From: Escherichia coli
GTDB lineage: Bacteria > Pseudomonadota > Gammaproteobacteria > Enterobacterales > Enterobacteriaceae
Strand: one strand, 5' to 3'
Length of the DNA: 64,000 nucleotides
Assembly: GCF_003334785.1 (NCBI RefSeq)
Contig: NZ_QOWV01000001.1
Part shown: one piece after another, positions 10,792 through 21,978 of the stretch
Numbering within the stretch: position 1 is the first letter of the stretch
How the letters are laid out: each line of letters starts with the position of its first letter
Made by a program: the position numbers and the translations under genes
The notes under the pieces: model-generated
Databases searched by the model: none
The model's input: only the letters and a program-made list of their open reading frames with translations
Told to the model about the DNA's origin: nothing

Positions 10792-12264
10792 TCAATATAT
10801 TTTTGTCAGCACATAGCGATAGAGTCCACCGTCCGGCACGAACTCAAGACGATGGGTAATACAGGCAGGCGCATCTTCAGCGTGGTGCGAAACAAACAAC
10901 AATTGCGTTTCACCTTCGCTAATCAGCACATCAACAAAACGGCGGATAAGCTGGCGATTCAGCGGATCAAGCCCCTGTAGTGGTTCATCGAGAATAAGCA
11001 ACGTCGGATGTTTCACCAGTGCGCGGACAATCAGCGCCAGACGCTGCTGTCCCCAGGAAAGACTATGGAACGGAGCGTCAGCCGTGCGTTTATCAATGCC
11101 GAGAATATCCAGCCACTGCTGCACCAGTTTTTGCTGGCGATCCGAAACGGCCTGATAAATGCCAATCGAATCAAAATAGCCAGAAAGAATCACATTACGC
11201 ACGGTAGTGCTGACCCGGTAATCCAGATGCAAACTACTGCTGACGTAACCGATATGCTTTTTGATATCCCAGATGGTTTCGCCGCTGCCGCGACGTCGTC
11301 CGAAAAGCGTCAAATCGTTGCTGTAACCTTGCGGATGATCGCCAGTAACCAGGCTTAATAACGTCGATTTTCCTGCACCATTTGGCCCGACAATTTGCCA
11401 GTGTTCGCCTGGATTCACCTGCCAGCTAAGGTTATTAAGAATGGGGCGATCGTTATAAGAAACCACGCCATTGTTCAGCACAATGCGCGGTTCGTTGGCG
11501 GGTAAGGCGTGACGTGCTGAAGGTTCATCCGGCTCCGGCAGTTGCACACCTTCAAGCTGTTCACTATGCGCCAGTTGCGCGACGAGTGCTTGTTGGAGCA
11601 GTTCCTCTTTAGCGCCAGTTTCCGCTAACGTGCAATCCGCCAGCACGCCAGCAAACTGGACAAACTCCGGGATCTCATCGAAGCGATTGAGCACCAGTAC
11701 CAGAGTAATACCGGACTGATGTAACGAGGCGAGTCGCTCAGCCAGCTGCTGACGTGAGGCAACATCCAGGCCATCGAACGGCTCATCAAGAATCAACAAG
11801 TCAGGCTCCGACATCAGCGCCTGACACAGCAGGGTTTTTCGCGTCTCGCCAGTGGAAAGGTATTTAAAGCGTCGGTCGAGGAGGGCGGTAATACCGAACT
11901 GCTGCGCCAGTTGCATGCAACGCGGTGCATCCTTTACTTCATCCTGAATGATCTCAGCCGTAGTGCGTCCGGTGTCATCTTCGCCAGGGCCGAGCATATC
12001 GGTGTTATTCCGCTGCCATTCGTCGCTGACGAGTTTTTGCAATTGCTCGAAGGAGAGACGAGTGATGTGGGAAAACTGGCTTTGCCGTTCACCTTTCAAA
12101 AGCGGAAGTTCCCCCGCCAGCGCGCGGGCCAGGGCCGATTTCCCGCTTCCATTCGAACCGACAAACGCCCAACTATCACCCGCGTTTAACGTTAGCTGAG
12201 GCAATTGCAGCGTTTTTGTGTCGCTAAGACGAAACGTGCCTTGCAAAATTTGCAACGATGACAT
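10792..12264 (-). CDS. modF: Fused double-NBD ABC ATPase ModF
   Basis: Two Walker A motifs (GSNGSGKS and GPNGAGKS) in one polypeptide; start placed at MSSLQILQ; 490 aa. Confidence 0.9.
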   Translation of the reverse strand: MSSLQILQGTFRLSDTKTLQLPQLTLNAGDSWAFVGSNGSGKSALARALAGELPLLKGERQSQFSHITRLSFEQLQKLVSDEWQRNNTDMLGPGEDDTGRTTAEIIQDEVKDAPRCMQLAQQFGITALLDRRFKYLSTGETRKTLLCQALMSEPDLLILDEPFDGLDVASRQQLAERLASLHQSGITLVLVLNRFDEIPEFVQFAGVLADCTLAETGAKEELLQQALVAQLAHSEQLEGVQLPEPDEPSARHALPANEPRIVLNNGVVSYNDRPILNNLSWQVNPGEHWQIVGPNGAGKSTLLSLVTGDHPQGYSNDLTLFGRRRGSGETIWDIKKHIGYVSSSLHLDYRVSTTVRNVILSGYFDSIGIYQAVSDRQQKLVQQWLDILGIDKRTADAPFHSLSWGQQRLALIVRALVKHPTLLILDEPLQGLDPLNRQLIRRFVDVLISEGETQLLFVSHHAEDAPACITHRLEFVPDGGLYRYVLTKIY

Positions 12265-12331
12265 TTTATATCCCACTTTGTGCAGCGATTACTGACAGGG
12301 ATACGTGTTTCATAACAAATTGTCAACACGC

Positions 12332-13120
12332 TTAGCACAGCGTGGCGATAATCACGCTGTCGGCATTAAAGTAGGCCGTGACATTCTGTCCTTGCTGAAG
12401 AGAAGTCGCTTCATTTACCGGCACTGTGGCGCACAGTGTTTGCCCGTCGGGTAGCGCCATTAATACTTCGCACTGCTCTGCGCCGCGCTCAATATGACTA
12501 ATAATACCCGGTAATTGGTTGTCAGCGTTTTGCGCGACCGCCTCGTCCTGAGTAATACCTACCCACGGCGCTTTTAGCAATATCAACACTTCTTTGCCTT
12601 CATCCAGCCCCAGACGCGCGCCGCTTTGTGCGGTAATTGCGACTTTCAGGCGTGTTTTTCCGTCAGCCAGTAAGACATCAACATGCTGTTGAACGTCATC
12701 ATGATCGCGGGCGGTGATGGTACCGAACCACTGGTTACGGGCGCTGGTTTGCAGTGAAAAACGTGAGATCGCGGCCAGCAGGCTGTTCAGCGGCAGGGCG
12801 TCATCGTCACTTAACACATCAAAGGCTTTTTGCTGGATTTGCGCCAGTAAGTCATAGAGCTGAATCAGTCGCTGACCATAGCGGGTCAGTACTGCGCCGC
12901 CGCCACCTTTACCGCCTGTTGCGCGCTCGACCAGAATATGCTCACTTAACTGATTCATCTCGTTAATGGCATCCCAGGCGCTTTTATAGCTAATACCGGC
13001 ATCTTTCGCTCCCTGGCTAATGGAACCGGAAAGCGCAATGTGTTTTAGTAGCGAAATGCGGCGCGGGTCGGCGAATAATTTTTGTTGGAGCTTAAGGGTG
13101 AGAAGGATTTCGGCCTGCAT
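12332..13120 (-). CDS. modE: Molybdate-responsive transcriptional regulator ModE
   Basis: 262-aa ORF with an N-terminal HTH and a C-terminal tandem Mop domain. Confidence 0.93.
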   Translation of the reverse strand: MQAEILLTLKLQQKLFADPRRISLLKHIALSGSISQGAKDAGISYKSAWDAINEMNQLSEHILVERATGGKGGGGAVLTRYGQRLIQLYDLLAQIQQKAFDVLSDDDALPLNSLLAAISRFSLQTSARNQWFGTITARDHDDVQQHVDVLLADGKTRLKVAITAQSGARLGLDEGKEVLILLKAPWVGITQDEAVAQNADNQLPGIISHIERGAEQCEVLMALPDGQTLCATVPVNEATSLQQGQNVTAYFNADSVIIATLC

Positions 13121-13230
13121 AACAATGTCCTGGCAAAAGTCTTATTGTGACGGAAAACGAACGCCACGCAAAGCTGACCGCACAAAAGGGGAGTGCTTTT
13201 CTGTGCTTAGCGGTTAGAATAGTCTCATGA

Positions 13231-13398
<168 letters not shown>

Positions 13399-13405
13399 TT
13401 CCCTG

Positions 13406-13436
13406 AATGCCCGCTTAGTCGGGCATTTTCTTTTTC
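13406..13436 (+). terminator. Rho-independent terminator after acrZ
   Basis: aatgccc/gggcatt hairpin followed by ttttcttttt. Confidence 0.75.
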
Positions 13437-13521
13437 TCAACTTCCTGCTTTTCCTGCCGATATTTTTTCTTATCTACCTCACAAAGGTTAGCAATAACTG
13501 CTGGGAAAATTCCGAGTTAGT

Positions 13522-13545
13522 CGTTATATTGTCGCCTACATAACG
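13522..13545. promoter_or_regulatory. ModE operator at the modA promoter
   Basis: cgttatattgtcgcctacataacg inverted repeat about 20 bp upstream of the modA ATG. Confidence 0.7.
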
Positions 13546-13564
13546 TTACATTAAGGGGTTACCA

Positions 13565-14338
13565 ATGGCTCGTAAATGGTTGAACTTGTTTGCCGGGGCG
13601 GCACTCTCTTTCGCTGTTGCTGGCAATGCACTGGCAGATGAAGGGAAAATCACGGTGTTCGCCGCCGCATCACTGACTAACGCAATGCAGGACATTGCTA
13701 CGCAGTTTAAAAAAGAGAAAGGCGTGGATGTGGTTTCTTCTTTCGCTTCGTCATCTACTCTCGCCCGTCAGATTGAAGCGGGTGCGCCTGCGGATCTGTT
13801 TATTTCTGCCGATCAGAAATGGATGGATTATGCGGTTGATAAAAAAGCGATCGATACAGCTACGCGTCAGACACTGCTCGGCAATAGCCTGGTCGTTGTA
13901 GCACCGAAAGCCAGCGTGCAGAAAGATTTCACCATCGACAGCAAAACCAACTGGACTTCACTGCTGAATGGCGGTCGCCTGGCGGTTGGCGATCCGGAAC
14001 ATGTTCCCGCTGGCATTTATGCAAAAGAAGCACTGCAAAAACTGGGCGCATGGGATACGCTCTCTCCGAAACTGGCCCCAGCGGAAGATGTTCGTGGGGC
14101 GCTGGCGCTGGTCGAACGTAACGAAGCGCCTCTGGGCATTGTCTACGGTTCTGACGCAGTTGCCAGCAAAGGGGTAAAAGTGGTTGCCACCTTCCCGGAA
14201 GATTCACATAAAAAAGTGGAATATCCGGTTGCTGTTGTGGAAGGGCATAACAATGCGACAGTGAAAGCATTTTATGATTATCTGAAGGGACCGCAGGCAG
14301 CGGAAATCTTTAAACGTTACGGATTTACAATCAAGTAA
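13565..14338 (+). CDS. modA: Molybdate ABC transporter periplasmic binding protein
   Basis: 257-aa ORF with a signal peptide. Confidence 0.95.
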   Translation: MARKWLNLFAGAALSFAVAGNALADEGKITVFAAASLTNAMQDIATQFKKEKGVDVVSSFASSSTLARQIEAGAPADLFISADQKWMDYAVDKKAIDTATRQTLLGNSLVVVAPKASVQKDFTIDSKTNWTSLLNGGRLAVGDPEHVPAGIYAKEALQKLGAWDTLSPKLAPAEDVRGALALVERNEAPLGIVYGSDAVASKGVKVVATFPEDSHKKVEYPVAVVEGHNNATVKAFYDYLKGPQAAEIFKRYGFTIK

Positions 14339-15027
14339 TGATACTGACCGATCCAGAATGGCAGGCAGTTTTATTAAGCCTGAAAGTTTCTTCCCTGGCT
14401 GTGCTGTTTAGCCTGCCGTTTGGGATCTTTTTTGCCTGGTTACTGGTGCGTTGCACGTTTCCGGGCAAAGCTCTGCTCGACAGCGTACTGCATCTACCGC
14501 TGGTGTTACCGCCCGTGGTCGTCGGTTACTTATTATTAGTTTCGATGGGACGGCGCGGATTTATCGGTGAACGTCTGTATGACTGGTTTGGTATTACCTT
14601 CGCCTTTAGCTGGCGCGGCGCGGTTCTCGCTGCCGCCGTCATGTCGTTTCCGCTGATGGTGCGGGCAATTCGTCTGGCGCTGGAAGGGGTTGATGTCAAA
14701 CTGGAACAGGCCGCAAGAACACTGGGGGCCGGGCGCTGGCGCGTTTTCTTTACTATCACGTTACCGCTGACCTTACCGGGAATTATTGTTGGTACGGTAC
14801 TGGCTTTTGCTCGTTCTCTCGGTGAGTTTGGTGCAACCATCACCTTTGTGTCGAACATTCCTGGTGAAACGCGAACCATTCCTTCTGCCATGTATACCCT
14901 GATCCAGACCCCCGGCGGGGAAAGTGGAGCGGCGAGACTGTGCATTATTTCTATTGCGCTGGCGATGATCTCCCTGTTGATTTCAGAATGGCTGGCCAGA
15001 ATCAGCCGTGAACGGGCGGGGCGCTAA
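14338..15027 (+). CDS. modB: Molybdate ABC transporter permease
   Basis: 229-aa membrane ORF; stop/start overlap with modA. Confidence 0.95.
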
Positions 15028-15029
15028 TC

Positions 15030-16088
15030 ATGCTGGAACTGAATTTTTCCCAGACGTTGGGCAACCATTGCCTGACTATTAATGAAACGCTGCCCGCCAA
15101 TGGCATCACTGCTATCTTTGGCGTCTCCGGTGCCGGAAAAACTTCGCTGATTAACGCCATCAGTGGACTGACGCGCCCGCAAAAAGGGCGGATTGTCCTC
15201 AATGGGCGGGTACTAAATGATGCCGAAAAAGGTATCTGCCTGACGCCGGAAAAGCGTCGCGTTGGCTATGTTTTTCAGGATGCGCGGCTGTTCCCGCATT
15301 ACAAAGTGCGTGGCAATCTGCGCTACGGCATGTCGAAAAGTATGGTCGATCAGTTCGATAAGCTGGTGGCGCTTTTAGGCATTGAACCGTTGCTTGACCG
15401 TTTACCAGGCAGCCTGTCCGGAGGCGAAAAACAGCGCGTGGCGATTGGTCGGGCTTTGCTGACAGCACCGGAATTGCTGTTGCTGGATGAACCGCTGGCG
15501 TCACTGGATATTCCGCGTAAACGCGAACTGTTGCCTTATCTGCAACGGCTGACACGGGAAATCAACATTCCGATGTTGTATGTCAGCCATTCGCTGGATG
15601 AGATCCTCCATCTGGCAGACAGAGTGATGGTACTGGAAAACGGTCAGGTGAAAGCCTTTGGCGCGCTGGAGGAAGTGTGGGGCAGTAGCGTGATGAATCC
15701 GTGGCTGCCGAAAGAGCAACAAAGTAGCATTCTGAAAGTGACGGTGCTTGAGCATCATCCGCATTACGCGATGACCGCGCTGGCGCTGGGCGATCAGCAT
15801 TTGTGGGTCAATAAGCTGGACGAACCGCTGCAAGCTGCGCTACGTATCCGCATTCAGGCTTCCGATGTTTCTCTGGTTTTACAACCGCCGCAGCAAACCA
15901 GCATTCGTAACGTATTGCGGGCAAAAGTTGTTAATAGTTATGACGACAACGGCCAGGTGGAAGTGGAACTGGAAGTCGGCGGTAAAACGCTGTGGGCGCG
16001 TATCAGCCCGTGGGCCAGGGATGAACTGGCGATCAAACCTGGCCTGTGGCTGTACGCGCAAATTAAAAGTGTGTCGATAACCGCCTGA
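15030..16088 (+). CDS. modC: Molybdate ABC transporter ATPase
   Basis: 352-aa ORF with Walker [10 protein letters not shown]. Confidence 0.95.
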
Positions 16089-16907
16089 TTAAATCAGGTG
16101 GCTATAAATGAACTGGGCAATGCTGTCGGTGGTGTTATCACCAATCACAATGTTGGCGCGCGCTTTTACCGCGTCATCGGCGTTGCCCATCGCCACGCCT
16201 GTACCAGCGGCTTCCAGCATACTGATATCATTAAAGTTATCGCCGAATGCCACGACGTTTTCCATCGACCAACCTTGCGCCTCAACCCATTTCGTCAAAC
16301 GTTTACCTTTGCTGTTGCCGCCGCGTGCAATATCAACCTGATCGTGCCAGGACCATTCACACTCCAGTCCCAGTTCATGTTCGACATGCTTACCAAAATG
16401 CTGCAATTGCGGCAGGTCATCGTGCGTCAGGGCGAACTTCCATACGGCGTTAACTTGTTGCGCCGTTTCAGCCAGAGAAGCGACTTGTGTGAAAGTCGGA
16501 CGCTGTTCCGGCGGCAGGGTTTGCGCCCAGTTAGATGTGCGAATGACATGCCCGGTCGGGTGCTCATAGACCATTGCATCATCGACATACATCAGACCGT
16601 GAATGTGGTGTTCATTCAGCATCTCAATGAGTTGCAGGGCTTTAATAACGGGCATTGGGTCCGCTTCCAGCACGGTTTTTGCATGATAATCATACAAATA
16701 GGTGCCATTACAGCAAATAGCAGGTGTATCCAGCGCCAGCGCCTGATAAAAAGGATGAATAGCGACGTGATGGCGACCTGTGACGATGATTAATTGATAG
16801 CCTGCTTCGCGAGCGCGGGCCAGGGCTTCTATCGATGAAGGAAGCAGGGTCTTTTTCGGGGTCAATAAGGTGCCGTCTAAGTCGAGAGCAATCACGCGTG
16901 TGGTCAT
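16089..16907 (-). CDS. ybhA: HAD-family phosphatase (pyridoxal phosphate phosphatase YbhA)
   Basis: Start placed at MTTRVIALDLDGTLL (HAD motif I DxDGT); 272 aa. Confidence 0.88.
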   Translation of the reverse strand: MTTRVIALDLDGTLLTPKKTLLPSSIEALARAREAGYQLIIVTGRHHVAIHPFYQALALDTPAICCNGTYLYDYHAKTVLEADPMPVIKALQLIEMLNEHHIHGLMYVDDAMVYEHPTGHVIRTSNWAQTLPPEQRPTFTQVASLAETAQQVNAVWKFALTHDDLPQLQHFGKHVEHELGLECEWSWHDQVDIARGGNSKGKRLTKWVEAQGWSMENVVAFGDNFNDISMLEAAGTGVAMGNADDAVKARANIVIGDNTTDSIAQFIYSHLI

Positions 16908-17025
16908 GGCGTATTCCAGATTAAGGTTAAGAATTTTCGTCTGCGCGAATGGTACACCGATACCACTATCGGACAAAATTCTGCGTTTTAATTCAGCATT
17001 CACCGCCAAAAGCGACTAATTTTAG

Positions 17026-18057
<1,032 letters not shown>

Positions 18058-18097
18058 CCGCTGATTTACCCGGCGCAGTCTCTCCTGCGCCGGTGTA

Positions 18098-19051
18098 TTA
18101 ACCTATCTCCTGTAACGCGTGTCTCTGGCGTTCGACGATATTGGTCCACAAATTGTCTTTATCGTCAGTCCATAAATTAATCAGCAAGGCAAAAAAGCGT
18201 TCTGCTGCTGGAGAAAGTACGGCATCTTTACGGCGAATTATTCCCAATGTTCGACGTATAACGGGTTCCACCAATGGGATACCAATAATCGAAGAATAGG
18301 GCGCATGAGGCATTGCCAGGCCAGGAAGCGCCGAAATCCCCAGTCCCGCCTCCACCAGTCCTAATGACGTCGAAAGATGACGCACTTCGTAAAACCAGTC
18401 CAGCTTCCAGGGCTTGTCGGCCAGCTGTTGTTCTATCAACAGTCGGTTGCCGCTGGAGGAGCGTACGCCAATCATTTTGTAACCCACTAACTCCTGCCAT
18501 TCTACAAGCTGCTTTTTGGCCAATGGATGGTCACGCCGACAGGCCAGCACGAACGGCTCGTTGACCAGTGGGGTAAAATCAATGGATGAATTTGTGACGT
18601 TGTTCATGTTTATGCCAAAGTCTGATTCGTTACACAGCACCGATTCCATGCAATTATTCGTGCCTTGTTCCAGAATCCGCACTTTAATATTGGGATACAG
18701 CTCATTAAATTTACCGATTGCCAGCGGTAAAAAATAAAATACTGCGGTCGGAATACACGCTAACGTCACCATACCACGATGATAAGCATTCATATCACGA
18801 ATATTAAAAAGCGTTTCATCGAATTTCTTTATTAATTCCCGCGCCTCCGGGAGCAACCTTTTTCCTGCTTTTGTTAACGTAACCTTGCGAGTTGTACGCT
18901 CAAATAGTTGAATATGTAAATCTTCCTCCATCTTTTTTATTCTTCGCGTTAATGCAGGTTGCGTAATATTGAGTAATTTAGCGGCATTGTTAAACGAACT
19001 GGACTCTGCCAGTATGACAAATGCCTTCATACTTGATAATTCATGCTTCAT
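18098..19051 (-). CDS. ybhD: LysR-family transcriptional regulator
   Basis: Start placed at MKHELSSMKAF; N-terminal HTH; 317 aa; divergent from ybhH. Confidence 0.85.
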   Translation of the reverse strand: MKHELSSMKAFVILAESSSFNNAAKLLNITQPALTRRIKKMEEDLHIQLFERTTRKVTLTKAGKRLLPEARELIKKFDETLFNIRDMNAYHRGMVTLACIPTAVFYFLPLAIGKFNELYPNIKVRILEQGTNNCMESVLCNESDFGINMNNVTNSSIDFTPLVNEPFVLACRRDHPLAKKQLVEWQELVGYKMIGVRSSSGNRLLIEQQLADKPWKLDWFYEVRHLSTSLGLVEAGLGISALPGLAMPHAPYSSIIGIPLVEPVIRRTLGIIRRKDAVLSPAAERFFALLINLWTDDKDNLWTNIVERQRHALQEIG

Positions 19052-19234
19052 TATTACTCCGGAAAATGGAAGCGACGATTTTGGGTGGCTGGCCGTTAAA
19101 AATTTTAACTGCATTTAGCCAACTTAAATTAATGAAAAAATGTTATTAATCGTTGAGCTAAAGTCATTAGAGATGCTTTGCCCTTAATGTAACCATATCG
19201 CAATAAGTTATGTTTTTAAATTGAGGGCATTATT

Positions 19235-20287
19235 ATGAAAAAAATACCCTGCGTGATGATGCGAGGTGGAACCTCGAGGGGCGCGTTCCTGTTAGCGGAA
19301 CATTTACCCGAAGATCAAACGCAGCGCGATAAAATATTGATGGCAATTATGGGTTCCGGTAACGATCTGGAAATTGACGGTATTGGCGGCGGTAATCCAC
19401 TGACCAGTAAAGTCGCCATTATTAGCCGTTCCAGCGATCCGCGTGCTGATGTCGATTATCTGTTTGCGCAGGTAATCGTTCATGAGCAACGTGTCGATAC
19501 CACGCCTAACTGCGGCAATATGCTGTCTGGTGTTGGGGCATTCGCCATTGAAAATGGTTTGATTGCAGCGACTTCGCCAGTTACTCGCGTACGTATCCGC
19601 AACGTCAATACGGGTACGTTCATCGAAGCTGATGTGCAAACGCCAAATGGTGTTGTCGAGTACGAGGGTAGCGCCAGAATTGACGGCGTACCGGGTACTG
19701 CCGCACCGGTTGCGCTCACTTTCCTGAATGCCGCTGGAACCAAAACCGGAAAAGTTTTCCCGACTGATAATCAGATTGATTATTTTGACGATGTCCCGGT
19801 GACCTGTATCGATATGGCGATGCCAGTCGTCATTATTCCGGCTGAATATCTGGGAAAAACAGGTTATGAATTACCGGCGGAACTGGATGCCGACAAAGCA
19901 TTATTAGCCCGCATTGAATCTATCCGTCTACAAGCGGGTAAAGCAATGGGCTTAGGTGATGTCAGTAATATGGTTATCCCTAAACCTGTGCTTATTTCTC
20001 CAGCGCAGAAAGGCGGGGCAATTAATGTGCGTTATTTTATGCCGCATTCTTGCCATCGCGCGCTGGCGATAACCGGTGCTATTGCTATTTCCAGTAGTTG
20101 TGCATTGGAAGGCACCGTCACCCGACAAATCGTCCCTTCTGTAGGATACGGCAATATCAATATTGAACACCCCAGTGGTGCGCTCGACGTTCATTTAAGT
20201 AATGAAGGTCAGGATGCCACGACGTTACGCGCATCTGTTATTCGGACGACCAGAAAAATATTTTCCGGTGAAGTTTATCTTCCCTGA
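19235..20287 (+). CDS. ybhH: PrpF/AcnD-accessory-like isomerase family protein
   Basis: 350-aa ORF; the family assignment is from memory. Confidence 0.8.
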   Translation: MKKIPCVMMRGGTSRGAFLLAEHLPEDQTQRDKILMAIMGSGNDLEIDGIGGGNPLTSKVAIISRSSDPRADVDYLFAQVIVHEQRVDTTPNCGNMLSGVGAFAIENGLIAATSPVTRVRIRNVNTGTFIEADVQTPNGVVEYEGSARIDGVPGTAAPVALTFLNAAGTKTGKVFPTDNQIDYFDDVPVTCIDMAMPVVIIPAEYLGKTGYELPAELDADKALLARIESIRLQAGKAMGLGDVSNMVIPKPVLISPAQKGGAINVRYFMPHSCHRALAITGAIAISSSCALEGTVTRQIVPSVGYGNINIEHPSGALDVHLSNEGQDATTLRASVIRTTRKIFSGEVYLP

Positions 20288-20362
20288 AAAAATTCGTTGT
20301 CAGGATAAGGACAATCAATAAAGGACTTCTGTATGAGTCATACAGAAAGAACAGGATTTTAA

Positions 20363-21796
20363 ATGAATAAGAAATCGTTATGGAAGCTAATTCTGATATT
20401 AGCGATCCCATGTATTATTGGTTTTATGCCAGCTCCGGCAGGATTAAGCGAACTGGCGTGGGTGCTTTTTGGTATTTACCTGGCGGCCATTGTGGGGCTG
20501 GTTATCAAGCCTTTCCCGGAACCTGTCGTACTGTTAATTGCCGTTGCTGCCTCAATGGTGGTGGTCGGTAACTTATCCGACGGTGCGTTTAAAACCACCG
20601 CCGTATTAAGCGGTTACTCTTCAGGTACCACCTGGCTGGTGTTCTCGGCGTTTACCTTAAGCGCCGCATTTGTGACCACCGGTTTAGGTAAACGTATTGC
20701 CTATCTGCTGATTGGTAAAATCGGTAACACCACGCTGGGTCTGGGTTACGTTACGGTATTCCTCGATCTGGTACTGGCTCCGGCAACACCGTCTAACACC
20801 GCGCGTGCGGGCGGCATTGTGTTACCGATCATCAACAGCGTGGCGGTGGCTTTGGGGTCCGAACCGGAAAAAAGTCCGCGTCGTGTCGGACATTACCTGA
20901 TGATGTCCATTTACATGGTCACCAAAACCACCAGCTATATGTTCTTTACCGCAATGGCGGGGAACATTCTGGCGCTGAAAATGATCAACGACATTCTGCA
21001 CCTGCAAATTAGCTGGGGTGGATGGGCGCTGGCAGCCGGATTGCCGGGCATCATTATGCTGCTGGTCACCCCGCTGGTGATTTACACCATGTATCCACCA
21101 GAAATTAAGAAGGTGGATAACAAAACCATCGCTAAAGCGGGCCTTGCCGAACTAGGACCGATGAAAATCCGCGAAAAAATGCTGCTCGGTGTCTTTGTGC
21201 TGGCGCTGCTGGGCTGGATTTTCAGTAAGTCTCTGGGGGTTGATGAATCCACCGTGGCAATCGTTGTTATGGCAACCATGCTGCTGCTGGGTATCGTTAC
21301 CTGGGAAGACGTGGTTAAAAATAAAGGCGGCTGGAATACCTTAATCTGGTACGGCGGTATTATCGGCTTAAGCTCCTTATTATCGAAAGTTAAATTCTTC
21401 GAATGGTTAGCTGAAGTCTTTAAAAATAACCTGGCATTTGATGGTCACGGTAACGTTGCTTTCTTCGTTATTATTTTCCTCAGCATTATCGTGCGTTATT
21501 TCTTCGCTTCCGGTAGTGCCTATATCGTTGCTATGTTACCGGTATTTGCCATGCTGGCGAACGTCTCCGGCGCACCGTTAATGTTAACCGCGCTGGCACT
21601 GTTGTTCTCCAACTCCTATGGCGGCATGGTTACTCACTATGGCGGCGCGGCAGGTCCGGTCATCTTTGGCGTGGGTTATAACGATATTAAATCCTGGTGG
21701 TTGGTCGGTGCGGTACTGACGATATTAACCTTCCTGGTGCATATCACCCTCGGCGTGTGGTGGTGGAATATGCTGATCGGCTGGAACATGCTGTAA
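20363..21796 (+). CDS. ybhI: DASS-family anion (di/tricarboxylate-type) transporter
   Basis: 477-aa polytopic membrane ORF. Confidence 0.82.
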   Translation: MNKKSLWKLILILAIPCIIGFMPAPAGLSELAWVLFGIYLAAIVGLVIKPFPEPVVLLIAVAASMVVVGNLSDGAFKTTAVLSGYSSGTTWLVFSAFTLSAAFVTTGLGKRIAYLLIGKIGNTTLGLGYVTVFLDLVLAPATPSNTARAGGIVLPIINSVAVALGSEPEKSPRRVGHYLMMSIYMVTKTTSYMFFTAMAGNILALKMINDILHLQISWGGWALAAGLPGIIMLLVTPLVIYTMYPPEIKKVDNKTIAKAGLAELGPMKIREKMLLGVFVLALLGWIFSKSLGVDESTVAIVVMATMLLLGIVTWEDVVKNKGGWNTLIWYGGIIGLSSLLSKVKFFEWLAEVFKNNLAFDGHGNVAFFVIIFLSIIVRYFFASGSAYIVAMLPVFAMLANVSGAPLMLTALALLFSNSYGGMVTHYGGAAGPVIFGVGYNDIKSWWLVGAVLTILTFLVHITLGVWWWNMLIGWNML

Positions 21797-21926
21797 ATAT
21801 TCTCGTCATACTTCAAGTTGCATGTGCTGCGTCTGCGTTCGCTCACCCCAGTCACTTACTTATGTAAGCTCCTGGGGATTCACTCGCTTGTCGCCTTCCT
21901 GCAACTCGAATTATTTAGAGTATATC
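21797..21926. repeat. ERIC (IRU) element
   Basis: Contains cgctcaccccagtcacttactt and atgtaagctcctggggattcac, the canonical ERIC core inverted repeat. Confidence 0.85.
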
Positions 21927-21978
21927 CATTTATTATCTTTCTGCGCACTTCACGGTGCGCAGATATCTGGAGCATTTG

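Noticed and set aside
16098-16793. 231-aa plus-strand ORF
   Set aside because: Antisense to ybhA (HAD phosphatase with a DxDGT motif on the minus strand).
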